From a virus (taxonomy: Duplodnaviria > Heunggongvirae > Uroviricota > Caudoviricetes): 64,000 nucleotides of DNA. The notes under the pieces are model-generated. The model saw only the letters and a list, made by a program, of their open reading frames with translations. It was not told the origin of the DNA and searched no databases. The DNA lies in IMG/VR virus record IMGVR_UViG_3300031993_000024, positions 1 to 64,000 of that record. One strand, written 5' to 3'. Position numbers and translations under genes: made by a program. Shown here piece by piece: positions 19,228 to 28,843 of the stretch. How positions within the stretch are numbered: position 1 is the stretch's first letter; every line of letters starts with the position of its first letter.

Positions 19228-19235
19228 TATAAATA
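19228..19235 (+). promoter_or_regulatory. TATAAATA late-type promoter
   Basis: Exact T4 late -10 consensus, 29 nt upstream of the tail tube ATG. Confidence 0.45.
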
Positions 19236-19263
19236 GAATAGTAATACTTAATAATATAAAGCT

Positions 19264-19830
19264 ATGGGATTACATCATTTTAGGAACAGCACAGCAGCTG
19301 TCAAAAAATACGAACCGGTTGTAACGTCGTATTCAGATATAAACTTGATTCTTCCGCCTGCATTGACGAAGAACGAGCTTTTTATAGAGCACGTTCAACA
19401 GATAGACGGTCTTGATAACTTGTATCCGACTATTCCGACGATTAACCAGCAATACTACCAATCGACGAGAACGTATGCAGGTATGCCTACAACGACAAAC
19501 GTAGACCTTACCGTTACGATGACTCAGAACTTGGACAATACTCACGTCAACTACATATATAATACGGTTATGGAATGGTACCGTCTTATCTATGATGAAA
19601 AAACAGCTCAAAAGAGTTTGAAGGTTGATTATTGCGGTAGTGGTCTTATCACTCAGTATGACCGTGATGATTCAATTTGGCGTGAATTGATATTGTCTAT
19701 GTGTTACGTTACCGGTCAGCCTACAGGTCTTGGCGGTATCAATACTGTTCCTGATAATAATGCCGCTACTCTTCAATTCCATTTGATGGTTGACGTTGCC
19801 GAAATACGTACGAGAGGTATCGATTTCTAA
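19264..19830 (+). CDS. tail tube protein (T4 gp19 family)
   Basis: NVDLTVTMTQNLDNTHVNYIYNTVMEW matches gp19 INVAGDRTFDDWTVTVMNDEAHDARQKFVDW. C-terminal ATLQFHLMVDVAE matches EIQTFEVTLALDYWE. Size (188 aa) fits. Confidence 0.7.
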   Translation: MGLHHFRNSTAAVKKYEPVVTSYSDINLILPPALTKNELFIEHVQQIDGLDNLYPTIPTINQQYYQSTRTYAGMPTTTNVDLTVTMTQNLDNTHVNYIYNTVMEWYRLIYDEKTAQKSLKVDYCGSGLITQYDRDDSIWRELILSMCYVTGQPTGLGGINTVPDNNAATLQFHLMVDVAEIRTRGIDF

Positions 19831-19841
19831 TATAATTAGGA

Positions 19842-20744
19842 ATGGAGCAAAAAAATAGGTTTTCACGGTCGGAAAGAGACAGCAAAGTTTTATGTAAAAA
19901 ACTTACTGGTTTCTGTGAAATTGATGGTATTGAATATGTTATGGTCTGTCTGCCATTGTCGCAGTCAGACCATTCTTCTTCGGACGCTGCTAAGAAAGGT
20001 AAAGAAGAAGGTGATATTATGTCATTTCTTATCAAACGTGAAGCTTTTGCTAATAGTAAAAACTTGACAAGAGACGAGCTGTTTTACAGGATAAACCGTC
20101 TTGCTGGCAGGTCCAAAGCCGGTGAAGCAATTACGCCTATTGAGATTATATCTGTTGACGATGTATTTCGTACGAATTATTCTGATATAGATATTATACA
20201 TCTTAGAACAGCTCCTGACTCTTTGCAGGCTAATATAGAAGTTAAAGAAACTTTTGATAATGGAGAAGCAGAATTTCCTTTAAGATATTCTACACAAAAT
20301 ACGGAAGAATCCGAAGATAGTCCTTTTGATTTAGTTGTACGTCATGCTATGAATAAAGGACAGTTTATTAAATGGAGATTTGTTATAGGTATCAGTGGAA
20401 ATAAAATAAGTGCATACTTTTGTAGTAGACATTTCTGGAATAAAGTTATAGAATTCTGGAATAACGGCTATAAACATGCTGACAAGTATAATAAGAATCA
20501 GTATTATAAAAGTTTTCATGTAGGAGAATCAGATTTAGAATCAATATCTAAATATGATAAATGTATTATAACAGATACGACTGAATATAAGAAAGACGGT
20601 CCTGGTATCGTAGATTATAATAATGACTCACTTCTTTCATTACGTGAATTCATAGCGAGAAAAATGCTTGACAATAAAGTTTTATTCAGCTGCTGCGAAG
20701 GATTATCATTAGGTTCTTTTAAGGACTTTTCTCTAAAATTATAA
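19842..20744 (+). CDS. hypothetical protein between the tube and sheath genes
   Basis: 300-aa ORF; very AT-rich codon usage. The true start may lie downstream. Confidence 0.5.
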   Translation: MEQKNRFSRSERDSKVLCKKLTGFCEIDGIEYVMVCLPLSQSDHSSSDAAKKGKEEGDIMSFLIKREAFANSKNLTRDELFYRINRLAGRSKAGEAITPIEIISVDDVFRTNYSDIDIIHLRTAPDSLQANIEVKETFDNGEAEFPLRYSTQNTEESEDSPFDLVVRHAMNKGQFIKWRFVIGISGNKISAYFCSRHFWNKVIEFWNNGYKHADKYNKNQYYKSFHVGESDLESISKYDKCIITDTTEYKKDGPGIVDYNNDSLLSLREFIARKMLDNKVLFSCCEGLSLGSFKDFSLKL

Positions 20745-20747
20745 ATA
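20740..20747 (+). promoter_or_regulatory. TATAAATA late-type promoter
   Basis: Exact TATAAATA 30 nt upstream of the sheath ATG. Confidence 0.45.
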
Positions 20748-20776
20748 GAATTAGAATAACATAAAATTTTAATAAC

Positions 20777-23341
20777 ATGGCAATAGATTCATCTTTAAAG
20801 CATAATTCTGCCGGAGTTTACACTCTTATTATAGATAAGAGCCAGCAGTCTAACGACATGCCAGTTAGTCCTACGAGACAAAGGTTGCTAATAGGCTTTT
20901 CTAAGCAAGGTCCTGTTAACAGGCCTGTACAAGTCAATAATTATACGGACTTCGTAAAGATGTTCGGTGACATTGACAGAAGTCTTGAGAAGTCAGGTAG
21001 CTATTTTCACAGAATGGCTAAAATGGCATTGAATACAAGTTCAATACTTGTTCTTAATCTTTTGAAGACAGAAGAAAGTAAAGACAGGGTTCCTAACGCA
21101 GGCATATCTGTTGCTTCTGATGTGGCAAACAATAATATAATGTCATTGCCATTATCTGGATGCTATGACACTTCAGTATTCTGGATTCCTGATGCTGAAA
21201 CTTATGGTTATACTGTATCTAAGTATTTCGACCCTCAAGAGGTAAAACCTCAGATATTGAACTTCGTAAATATCAATAAGAAACCTGTAAGTATACTTGT
21301 AAAGAGGTCTTCTGAATACAACCGTATGGGTTATAACATGACAGTTAAGGACTGGTATGGTGATGAAGAAATTCCTTCATACCTTAACCCAACTTCTATT
21401 GTATCTGATTACTTCGTAGATGTTTATATCGTTCAAGGTGATTTCGGCCCGAAATGCGAGATTAAGCCAGAACCTACAGGAACTCAGTTTGATGACGGAA
21501 CAGCATGCCAGACAGAAAAAAGCATTCCTGTGGAAAAAGATAAACAATATTACAGATTTACCTCAGACATCACATACCAAAACTATTTCGATGAAAATGG
21601 TTTCAAAGCTGACAAACTTCAAGATTTCTTGAAGATTCAGTCTGTAAAAGTTCTTGCCACTTATACTGGCTGTCTTATTCCTAATTTCGTGAATAAGCTT
21701 GGTATCAATGTCTGGATACAAAAACTTATCAATGACGATACGAACTATACAGGTGTTATCTGCTATGAAAATACTGAATTGGTAGAGAATGCTGAAACTA
21801 AGTCTGGATATGACAATCAAGATATTATTGATGAAAAGATAGACATTATCGGCCATAAACTTGTACAGAAGCTCCTTGACCCTGAATCTGAAATAGAAGA
21901 TTCTGAAGGAATAGAGGTCAGTATGTTGTCATACTCTGGTAAAGTATCTGCATACGGTGAAAGTAATGGCTTGTATAGGAAAGTAAAAGCATATACGAAT
22001 GAAAGCCTTAATCCTAATGAAATCTATGTTGATAAAGATGAAAACATTAAGGCAGGCGATTATTTTGTATCGGATGTTGCTGTCGGCAGGTTGACAAGAG
22101 TATATAATGTTGAAATGGTAGAGACTTCTGTTGAGGAAAGCTCAGAGGCTGTATTCAAAAAAGTCATTTGCTATGATTCATTGCCTTTCATTGATGATGA
22201 GAGCAACGTATGTGTAGCTAAACAAGTTGATGATGCTGTAAAGAGCTATCAATGGATATGCCTTAACGGATTCAAGCTTGAAGCTCGACACATGCCTGGT
22301 ATCGGTGAACAGCAAGAACCTTTTGCTGTTGAGAAACAACAAGAGAATATTCTTTCTATTCTTGAAGAAAACTATGACAGGGATGATGTTAACAAACCGG
22401 AATACAGTTTGTTCAAATCGCTTGTGGATAAACGCATCTTACAGTTCAGGTATCTTGTCGATACATTCGGTAACGGTATTAGTCCTGAATCTAAGAAAGT
22501 GTTTACAGAGATTTGTCAAAAGAGACTTTCTCTTGCGATTATAAACGGACCTTCTGTAAAAGAGTTTAAGTCTGCTGAAAAACCAGGACCTGTGTTCCGA
22601 GGCAAGAACGGAATCGTTTCTGCAGAATACATTTCTAAGGGAGGTAATCCTAACATCCCTTCTCAGTTCAAGTATTCTTTACCTAAAGAAGAGCAGGGTG
22701 CTTCATTCGGCGGTTACTTCTATCCTTATGTAAAGATACTCGATAACTCTATAGAAAAATTCGTTCCGCCTTCAGCAGCTGTTTCGAATCTTTTCTATAA
22801 GAAAGGTGATTTCCCTTGGTACTTGGTAGCAGGTACTGAACTTGGTGTTCTCGGTGACGGCGTTAAAGGTGTTGAGTCTACGATAACTGATGACAACCGC
22901 GATTGGCTTGAACCATTCGGATTCAACAGTATCGTGAAGATAGACAACTATGAGGCAGTTATTTACGGTAACGTTACTGCTAAACAGTCTCCAAAGTCTT
23001 CATTGAGTTCTTTGCACTGTACTGATACTTTGATATATATCGTTCTCAGTATAGAAAGCATTTTGCAGAAATACATATTCGGTGTATATCATAACGATGA
23101 CAATACCCGTCGCGAAATCAAGAGTATCGTCGATTCTTTCCTTGAAGACATAAAGAGAGCAGGTGGTATCTATGACTTCAGTACAGTAATGAACAAATCG
23201 AATAACACCAATGAAGTCATTGATGCAAACTCTGGCGTTATCGATGTCGGATTGGAACTTGCTAAAGGTCTTGAGAAAATTACTCAAAGAGCAACTATCT
23301 ACAAGACTGGTGTAATATCTACATTGTCATTTGGCGAATAA
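20777..23341 (+). CDS. tail sheath protein (T4 gp18-like)
   Basis: N-terminal SAGVYTLIIDKS...LLIGFSKQGPVNRPVQVNNYTDFVKMFGD follows the gp18 pattern SPGIELKET...GKFQWGPAFQIKQVTNEVDLVNTFGQ. 854 aa; synteny with the tube gene. Confidence 0.8.
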   Translation: MAIDSSLKHNSAGVYTLIIDKSQQSNDMPVSPTRQRLLIGFSKQGPVNRPVQVNNYTDFVKMFGDIDRSLEKSGSYFHRMAKMALNTSSILVLNLLKTEESKDRVPNAGISVASDVANNNIMSLPLSGCYDTSVFWIPDAETYGYTVSKYFDPQEVKPQILNFVNINKKPVSILVKRSSEYNRMGYNMTVKDWYGDEEIPSYLNPTSIVSDYFVDVYIVQGDFGPKCEIKPEPTGTQFDDGTACQTEKSIPVEKDKQYYRFTSDITYQNYFDENGFKADKLQDFLKIQSVKVLATYTGCLIPNFVNKLGINVWIQKLINDDTNYTGVICYENTELVENAETKSGYDNQDIIDEKIDIIGHKLVQKLLDPESEIEDSEGIEVSMLSYSGKVSAYGESNGLYRKVKAYTNESLNPNEIYVDKDENIKAGDYFVSDVAVGRLTRVYNVEMVETSVEESSEAVFKKVICYDSLPFIDDESNVCVAKQVDDAVKSYQWICLNGFKLEARHMPGIGEQQEPFAVEKQQENILSILEENYDRDDVNKPEYSLFKSLVDKRILQFRYLVDTFGNGISPESKKVFTEICQKRLSLAIINGPSVKEFKSAEKPGPVFRGKNGIVSAEYISKGGNPNIPSQFKYSLPKEEQGASFGGYFYPYVKILDNSIEKFVPPSAAVSNLFYKKGDFPWYLVAGTELGVLGDGVKGVESTITDDNRDWLEPFGFNSIVKIDNYEAVIYGNVTAKQSPKSSLSSLHCTDTLIYIVLSIESILQKYIFGVYHNDDNTRREIKSIVDSFLEDIKRAGGIYDFSTVMNKSNNTNEVIDANSGVIDVGLELAKGLEKITQRATIYKTGVISTLSFGE

Positions 23342-23721
23342 TGGGATTAAGGGATTTCAACATATTGCCTCCTAATTATTTGGTGACTGAAGATAATTCA
23401 GCTGTTGAGATTAACTCCGAAATCGCGGAGTTAATCCAACAGATGAATGTTCTGTTTTTTACAAATAGAGGTGAATTGCTGAATATGCCTGATTACGGAT
23501 GCAATCTGAGCGACTACCTGTTTAAGACAAATTATAATGAAGATATGGTCGAGGCTGACATCAACGACCAGATGAAACGTTTTGTAAATACGACTGAAAA
23601 TGTCACATACGAACTGTCGGTAAAATTTCTGACATGGGAAAAAGAAGTGTGTATGGAAGTGGATGTCGACATCAAAAACCTGAAAACTAATGAAGGTACG
23701 GTGATGAGGTATTACGCATAA
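23341..23721 (+). CDS. gp25-like baseplate wedge protein (GPW/gp25 family)
   Basis: EIAELIQQMNVLFFTNRGELLNMPDYGCNLSDYLFK aligns to T4 gp25 SIKNSLLGIITTRKGSRPFDPEFGCDLSDQLFE. Confidence 0.8.
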   Translation: MGLRDFNILPPNYLVTEDNSAVEINSEIAELIQQMNVLFFTNRGELLNMPDYGCNLSDYLFKTNYNEDMVEADINDQMKRFVNTTENVTYELSVKFLTWEKEVCMEVDVDIKNLKTNEGTVMRYYA

Positions 23722-23774
23722 TTTTTTAGGAATTTTCAAAAAAAATAAATATATAAGAAAAACTTATAATAACA

Positions 23775-25730
23775 ATGGAAAATAAGAAATATATCGTTGA
23801 GAGTTTAAGTGACGGTGTCTGCTCAAGTTCTGCGGACGGCGGCGATATTGTTCTTGAAGGATGCTTCACGACATTTAACGTGAAGAATCGTAACAACAGG
23901 ATATATGACTCTAAGAATTTCCTTGAGAAGCTTGATGCTCTTACGGAAAAGATTAAGAATCATGACCTTCTCGGTGAGCTTGAACATCCCGCTAATATGA
24001 GGTATGTGTCTTATCAGAACGTTTCTCACATAGTTGAAAGTCTAAGCTATGACCAAAAGACAGATTCTATAAAGGGTCGTATCAAATTATTAAATACTCC
24101 TTCAGGAAGAATCGCGAAGACTCTTATAGAAAATAAAGTGCCTCTTCATATATCTTCAAGGGCTATCGGTACTTTGACACCTGACAATCATGTCGTTGTC
24201 GAAGAACTTATAACTTATGACCTTGTTGCTGAACCAGGTTTTGAGAATGCAGTTCTCCATGCAGTTAACGAAAGCAAGGGCGCGGGTTCTGACGCTCTTA
24301 TAAATGCCGTTAATGCTTTGAGTTCACAGAAGAATGCCAAAATGAAGAGCCGTGTAATACTCGAGTCTTTCGATGGCGCCGATTTGTACGAATTGCAGGA
24401 TGAAGGTCAGAAAGAACCTGAAAGCGGAAATGAAAAACCGAAAATAGACGGCAAGTCTATTATAGGTGAATTCCGTAAGGCGCTCGGTATGAATCCTGGC
24501 AAAATGGACATAACAGTCGACAGCGATATGGGTATCTGTTCTGTTGAATCAAATTCTGATACAGCAATAGTTAATTTCGTAAACGACCATGTTGAGGTTG
24601 AATTCGGAAAGAATGTAACAGGTGAATTCACAGGCATAATCAATAACGCTGTTGAACAATGTCTGAACAATATTGGTGCGAACATTACTGACGGTCCAAC
24701 CGTACAAGACGGAAAGACATATTTCTTTGTAAGTGGAATCAACTTTAATAATTATTATATGGAACAGAAGTTAGGCAACCCTCAAGATGTCGTAACAAGA
24801 CGCGACATGGATAAATACACTAAGTATTTGTCTGAATACTTGAATAAATTGAAAAAAGGTGTCGTTACAAGCGAAGACGTAGAAAAGTATACTGCATATC
24901 TTTCTGAACATCTTGCAGCTATGAATAAAAACGTAGTTACAAGTGATGCTATGGAAAAATATACAGGCTATCTGTCAGAACATCTTAAAAAGATGAATAA
25001 AGACGTTGTCACATCAAAGGATATGGAACGTTATACAGCATATTTGTCTGAACATCTTGAAAAGAACACGGTAACGGCTGAAATGCTTGAAGGATATACA
25101 AAATATCTTTCTGAAAGTTTCGATAAGGTTCTTCAGAAGAACAAGCAGCTTAATGAAAAAATTGAGATGCTTCAGAAGTATACAGAATATATCTCTGAGT
25201 CTCAGACTAAAATCAACAAAAAGCTTAGCGGTAAAATGCAGAGCATAGTTGAAGCTGCTGACAAATCTATAGAAGACATCAAGATGATGGTTGAAGGTAA
25301 ACAGCGCAGTACTGAAGACACTCAACTTCAAAACCTTGTGGAATCTGTAAATTCTATTGCTTCGTCTATTAAGGATACAAACAACAAGATGGAACAACAG
25401 AGTCAAGCCATAAATGAACAGAAATCTGTTACAGAGGCAGAAAAACTTATTCAATTTATGCCTGACTACTTGAAAGAATCTTGGAGCGCTCTTTCTGACA
25501 ACCGTAAGAAAGAAATCCTTAACGAAAGCAAATTGTATATTATCGGCAGTGTAGACGCAGCTGTTCGTTTCTGGAAGACAAGGAATCTTACGGAAAGCGT
25601 AAGCAGTCAAGATACGAAAAAATATCTTTCGGAATCTTTGAGGAATCAGAACAGGAACGTCCGTAATGAAGGAAAAGTACAGGCTTCTGTCGCTGAAGAG
25701 ATAAAAAGACGTTTGAAATACGGATTCTAA
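23775..25730 (+). CDS. prohead core protease (T4 gp21 family) fused to a coiled-coil scaffold-like C-terminal half
   Basis: N-terminal region (EGCFTTFNVKNRNNRIYD...GELEHP...HISSRAIG) fits the gp21/U9 serine protease His and Ser motifs. The C-terminal ~400 aa is helical and repetitive. 651 aa. Confidence 0.7.
   Translation: MENKKYIVESLSDGVCSSSADGGDIVLEGCFTTFNVKNRNNRIYDSKNFLEKLDALTEKIKNHDLLGELEHPANMRYVSYQNVSHIVESLSYDQKTDSIKGRIKLLNTPSGRIAKTLIENKVPLHISSRAIGTLTPDNHVVVEELITYDLVAEPGFENAVLHAVNESKGAGSDALINAVNALSSQKNAKMKSRVILESFDGADLYELQDEGQKEPESGNEKPKIDGKSIIGEFRKALGMNPGKMDITVDSDMGICSVESNSDTAIVNFVNDHVEVEFGKNVTGEFTGIINNAVEQCLNNIGANITDGPTVQDGKTYFFVSGINFNNYYMEQKLGNPQDVVTRRDMDKYTKYLSEYLNKLKKGVVTSEDVEKYTAYLSEHLAAMNKNVVTSDAMEKYTGYLSEHLKKMNKDVVTSKDMERYTAYLSEHLEKNTVTAEMLEGYTKYLSESFDKVLQKNKQLNEKIEMLQKYTEYISESQTKINKKLSGKMQSIVEAADKSIEDIKMMVEGKQRSTEDTQLQNLVESVNSIASSIKDTNNKMEQQSQAINEQKSVTEAEKLIQFMPDYLKESWSALSDNRKKEILNESKLYIIGSVDAAVRFWKTRNLTESVSSQDTKKYLSESLRNQNRNVRNEGKVQASVAEEIKRRLKYGF
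24804..25125 (+). repeat. about 4.5 in-frame tandem repeats (~72 nt, 24 aa: KYTxYLSEHLxxMNKxVVTSxDME) inside the scaffold region
   Basis: KYTKYLSEYLNKLKKGVVTSEDVE, then KYTAYLSEHLAAMNKNVVTSDAME, KYTGYLSEHLKKMNKDVVTSKDME, RYTAYLSEHLEKNTVTAEMLEG, YTKYLSESF. Confidence 0.8.
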
Positions 25731-25750
25731 AATGAGGAAATTTAGAAAAA

Positions 25751-25758
25751 TATAAATA
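25751..25758 (+). promoter_or_regulatory. TATAAATA late-type promoter upstream of the MCP gene
   Basis: Exact TATAAATA, about 80 nt before the ATG. Confidence 0.35.
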
Positions 25759-25838
25759 TAAAAGCTAACGCTTCGGAGCAAGAAAGAAAGGAACTTATTC
25801 CGGTGTTGTGAATTGTTTCAAAAGTGTAACTTAAAAAT

Positions 25839-27536
25839 TTGATAGAAATGGAAATCAATAGTGTAAAAGCCCTTCAGGATTGGGGCAAGGTGATTGAAGA
25901 ATCAACCGGAATAAAAGACCCTGTAAAAGTTGCTTGGATGTCTAAAGTTTGCGCTATCCAAGATAACGACGATAAAATGAAACCAATTTTGGAATCTGCT
26001 TTCTGGGGACCAACATTGAATCCGTCAATGACTATGCAAGGCGCTGGCGCAATTCAATTCCCTAATGGTGGTGAAAATGGTTTCTCTGGTGTACGTAACG
26101 GTTCAGCAGATGCAATCGCTTCAAGTGTAGCTATCGCAATGCAAGCAGCTGCTCAAACAATCGCTCTTGACTTGTTGGCAGTTGTACCGGTATCAGCTCC
26201 TCAAGGTCAATATCGTTTCTACGATACTGTTTACGAAGGTGGCCGTATCAATGGTGACTTGCGTACTTACGACAAAGATGGTAATGTAAGCTACAAATTT
26301 ACAAATGCAGTTGCTGACCCATTGCTTGTTGAAGTTGTTGAAGCTTCTGAAGAAGGTGCAGAATTATTGAAGAAAGTTATCGAAGCTGAAGGTTCTGAAG
26401 CTCCTGTTATTGAACAAGGTGATTTCAAATTGACATTCGTTGAACTTGGCTTCATCTCTGGTAAACCAATCTTCTTAGTTGAAAGAAAAGACGCTAAACC
26501 GGGTGAATTCAATGCACGTCGTTTCAATGGCGCTCAAACTCTTGCAGAAGCATTCGAAGGTATCTTCGTATTCGGTCAAGTAAATACGAAAGAAAATCAC
26601 ATCACTGCATTCACAGGTCGTGACTTCTATGAAAACTCAGTAGAAAAAACTGGTTCAAAGAATCCTTACGACAACAATTTCGGTGTAGAACCATTCGAAC
26701 GTGAAGAAGGAGAAGCTACTACAGTTAACTTCTTGGGTGCTAAACGTACTTCTTTCGATTACAAAGTAAGAACTTACCAAGTTGGTTTCTCAGCTACTTG
26801 GGAACAAATCGAAGATGCACAGGCTGACGGTCAAGACATCATCGCTCAAATCGAAGGTGATGCTCTTAACGAATTGTCTCAATCTACTAACAAGTACATC
26901 TTAACTAAGATGTGGGAATTGGCTGGCAAACATGCTGACCGTCTTGAAGACAGAGGCGAAGTATTGAACACTTACTTCAAATCAGTTGCAGATGCTGACG
27001 AAGACATTCCTGCTGCTTACAAAGATTACAAACAAGTAGTTGTTGACAACGGTGGTGAAACTTCGTTGACACTTCAAGCACGTGTAATGCGTAAATTGTT
27101 GTATGCTGCTAACATCATCTCTCACGATTCTCGTTTGTCAGGTGGTAAATTCTTCGCTATCGGTTCTACTCAGTTCGTAACTGCAGTACAATCTGTAGCA
27201 GGTCTTACTCAAATCACTTTGCCTAACAACGTTCAATCTGTAGCTGATGCTCCTAATCCAATTGGACAGGTAAGCAACATTACATTGTACCAAGACCCGA
27301 ACCTTCCTGTAAACTATACAGGCGTTTTGGTTGGTCGTATCACTAAACCTAATGACCCAGGTTTGATTTTCTTACCATACATTATGGCTAAGAAAGTAAC
27401 TACGACAGCAACTGCGACATTCGCATACGCTGGTGCAATGAAATCTCGTTTCGCACTTCTTGCTGCTGGTCACTATCCAGATTTGCAATACTTGCGTTTC
27501 GATATGGCATTTAGCCCATCAATCGAACTTGTGTAA
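25839..27536 (+). CDS. major capsid protein (T4 gp23-like)
   Basis: AAQTIALDLLAVVPVSAPQGQYRFYDTVYEG aligns to gp23 AIPNLIAFDICGVQPMNSPTGQVFALRAVYG. GGENGFSGVRNGSADAI matches gp23* N-terminal GGDHGYNATNIAAGQTSGA. An I-L-E|S site at residue 52 is consistent with propeptide removal. Confidence 0.9.
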   Translation: MIEMEINSVKALQDWGKVIEESTGIKDPVKVAWMSKVCAIQDNDDKMKPILESAFWGPTLNPSMTMQGAGAIQFPNGGENGFSGVRNGSADAIASSVAIAMQAAAQTIALDLLAVVPVSAPQGQYRFYDTVYEGGRINGDLRTYDKDGNVSYKFTNAVADPLLVEVVEASEEGAELLKKVIEAEGSEAPVIEQGDFKLTFVELGFISGKPIFLVERKDAKPGEFNARRFNGAQTLAEAFEGIFVFGQVNTKENHITAFTGRDFYENSVEKTGSKNPYDNNFGVEPFEREEGEATTVNFLGAKRTSFDYKVRTYQVGFSATWEQIEDAQADGQDIIAQIEGDALNELSQSTNKYILTKMWELAGKHADRLEDRGEVLNTYFKSVADADEDIPAAYKDYKQVVVDNGGETSLTLQARVMRKLLYAANIISHDSRLSGGKFFAIGSTQFVTAVQSVAGLTQITLPNNVQSVADAPNPIGQVSNITLYQDPNLPVNYTGVLVGRITKPNDPGLIFLPYIMAKKVTTTATATFAYAGAMKSRFALLAAGHYPDLQYLRFDMAFSPSIELV

Positions 27537-27560
27537 TCTAACACAGTTAGAAACAACCAA

Positions 27561-27595
27561 GAAGGTCTTCCGTAAAAAGAAGACCTTCTTTTTTA
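27561..27595 (+). terminator. strong rho-independent terminator after the MCP gene
   Basis: GAAGGTCTTC-cgtaaaaa-GAAGACCTTC followed by TTTTTT. Confidence 0.75.
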
Positions 27596-27614
27596 TTGTG
27601 GTTTCTTGTAAAAT

Positions 27615-27629
27615 GTTGTTTTTTATATA
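27615..27629 (+). promoter_or_regulatory. GTTGTTTTTTATATA motif (copy 2)
   Basis: Exact 15-nt motif; the ATG at 27664 lies 35 nt downstream. Confidence 0.35.
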
Positions 27630-27663
27630 CAAACAAGTACAAACAACTAAAAACAAAACAAAA

Positions 27664-28149
27664 ATGGAAACAAGTATTTTTAAGACAGGCAGAACATTTG
27701 AGTATTCAATTGTTGAATTGAATGGAAATCCAAAGGAAATAGAAAACGTATTGGGTATACGTATTGGTGAGACTGGTTCCCTTCCTTTAATAGAGGCATT
27801 ATTGGAAGGACCTATTTATGCTATTCTGCAGACAGAAAAATGGGTGAATGTCTTCGGTAAGGAACAACAGAAAAAGACAATATTCGGAATAGATGTCTGG
27901 GATGCTTTAAAATGTCCACCATTTATAAGATGGGATATATGTAACCATCCTGTTATAGAAGGCTGTTGCGATACGATTGCATACGGACATTCAGGCGATG
28001 ACTTTGGATATGGAGGATTTATGAATGTTGTCGCATATACCAAAAAAGAAGGTGCTGAGAAAATGCTTCAATGGATAAAGCAAGTTGATGAAAGACAAGA
28101 GAAGCTTACAAATTTATATAATACTGGAATGACTATCAATGCAATATAG
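27664..28149 (+). CDS. hypothetical protein (N-terminus METSIFKTGRTFEY)
   Basis: The track ORF 27460..28149 overlaps the MCP gene 3' end. The ATG at 27664 follows the terminator and promoter motif and is the likely true start. Confidence 0.6.
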   Translation: METSIFKTGRTFEYSIVELNGNPKEIENVLGIRIGETGSLPLIEALLEGPIYAILQTEKWVNVFGKEQQKKTIFGIDVWDALKCPPFIRWDICNHPVIEGCCDTIAYGHSGDDFGYGGFMNVVAYTKKEGAEKMLQWIKQVDERQEKLTNLYNTGMTINAI

Positions 28150-28199
28150 AATGTTGCTTTTATTACAAACAAGTACAAACAAATAAAAACAAAACAAAA

Positions 28200-28418
28200 A
28201 TGGTAACAAGAATTTTTAAGACGGATAGAGCATGTATTTCTAAGTCTAACAAAAAAAGTATTTTTGTGGGTGGAGTTGGATTTATAATCTGTGTATTAAG
28301 TATTTTTATTACATTTGCAGTTATAGCTTTTATAACTATTGGAAATGCGCAAAATTGTAGTAATCAATGTAAGAATATACAATGCAAGCATGCTGAGATG
28401 GTAAACTGTAATCAATAG
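28200..28418 (+). CDS. small membrane protein (N-terminus MVTRIFKTDR, paralogous to the 27664 N-terminus)
   Basis: 72-aa ORF. Its upstream 60 nt duplicate those at 27607-27665. A transmembrane segment FIICVLSIFITFAVIAFITI is present. Confidence 0.45.
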   Translation: MVTRIFKTDRACISKSNKKSIFVGGVGFIICVLSIFITFAVIAFITIGNAQNCSNQCKNIQCKHAEMVNCNQ

Positions 28419-28445
28419 AGTCTACACAGTTAGAAATAACCAAAG

Positions 28446-28476
28446 AAGGTCTTCCGTAAAAAGAAGACCTTTTATG
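28446..28476 (+). terminator. second copy of the GAAGGTCTTC hairpin terminator
   Basis: AGAAGGTCTTCcgtaaaaaGAAGACCTTTTA; a near-duplicate of the 27537-27600 module. Confidence 0.5.
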
Positions 28477-28491
28477 GATTTCTGGTAAAAC

Positions 28492-28506
28492 GTTGTTTTT
28501 TATATA
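28492..28506 (+). promoter_or_regulatory. GTTGTTTTTTATATA motif (copy 3)
   Basis: Exact motif 18 nt upstream of the ATG at 28524. Confidence 0.35.
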
Positions 28507-28523
28507 AAAACAAAATTGCAGTT

Positions 28524-28826
28524 ATGGCAGCAGCATTAACATTTGCTATCATTTTAGTCACAATCGTACTTTTGCTGACTGACAGAGTCTTTAAAAGAAA
28601 TGTGGCTATCAATTTATCAATTGAAACCGCTAAATCAGTAACTACTGAAGATGACATCAAAGCTCTCGAAGCTACATTTTCAGACTTGAAGAGGTATGCT
28701 TATAGCGATGAAGAGTATGACACTGCGGTCAAAATGCTCTATGATGTCGCAAACAAAAGCATAAAGAGAGCAGAACTTCAGAAACTGAAAGACATTTATT
28801 TTTCCAATTTGATGAGAAAATACTAA
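28524..28826 (+). CDS. small membrane protein
   Basis: 100-aa ORF with an N-terminal transmembrane helix, AAALTFAIILVTIVLLL. Confidence 0.5.
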   Translation: MAAALTFAIILVTIVLLLTDRVFKRNVAINLSIETAKSVTTEDDIKALEATFSDLKRYAYSDEEYDTAVKMLYDVANKSIKRAELQKLKDIYFSNLMRKY

Positions 28827-28843
28827 AATACTATCAATACAAT

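Noticed and set aside
24804-25125. Tandem repeats as a possible CRISPR-like array
   Set aside because: They are in-frame coding repeats of a scaffold protein. There are no spacer-like unique units and no cas genes.
25014-25781. 255-aa minus-strand ORF
   Set aside because: It lies entirely inside and antisense to the protease/scaffold gene, and its product is low complexity.
27460-27663. Upstream extension of ORF 27460..28149
   Set aside because: It overlaps the MCP 3' end and spans a strong terminator and promoter motif. The ATG at 27664 with the conserved start module is the real start.
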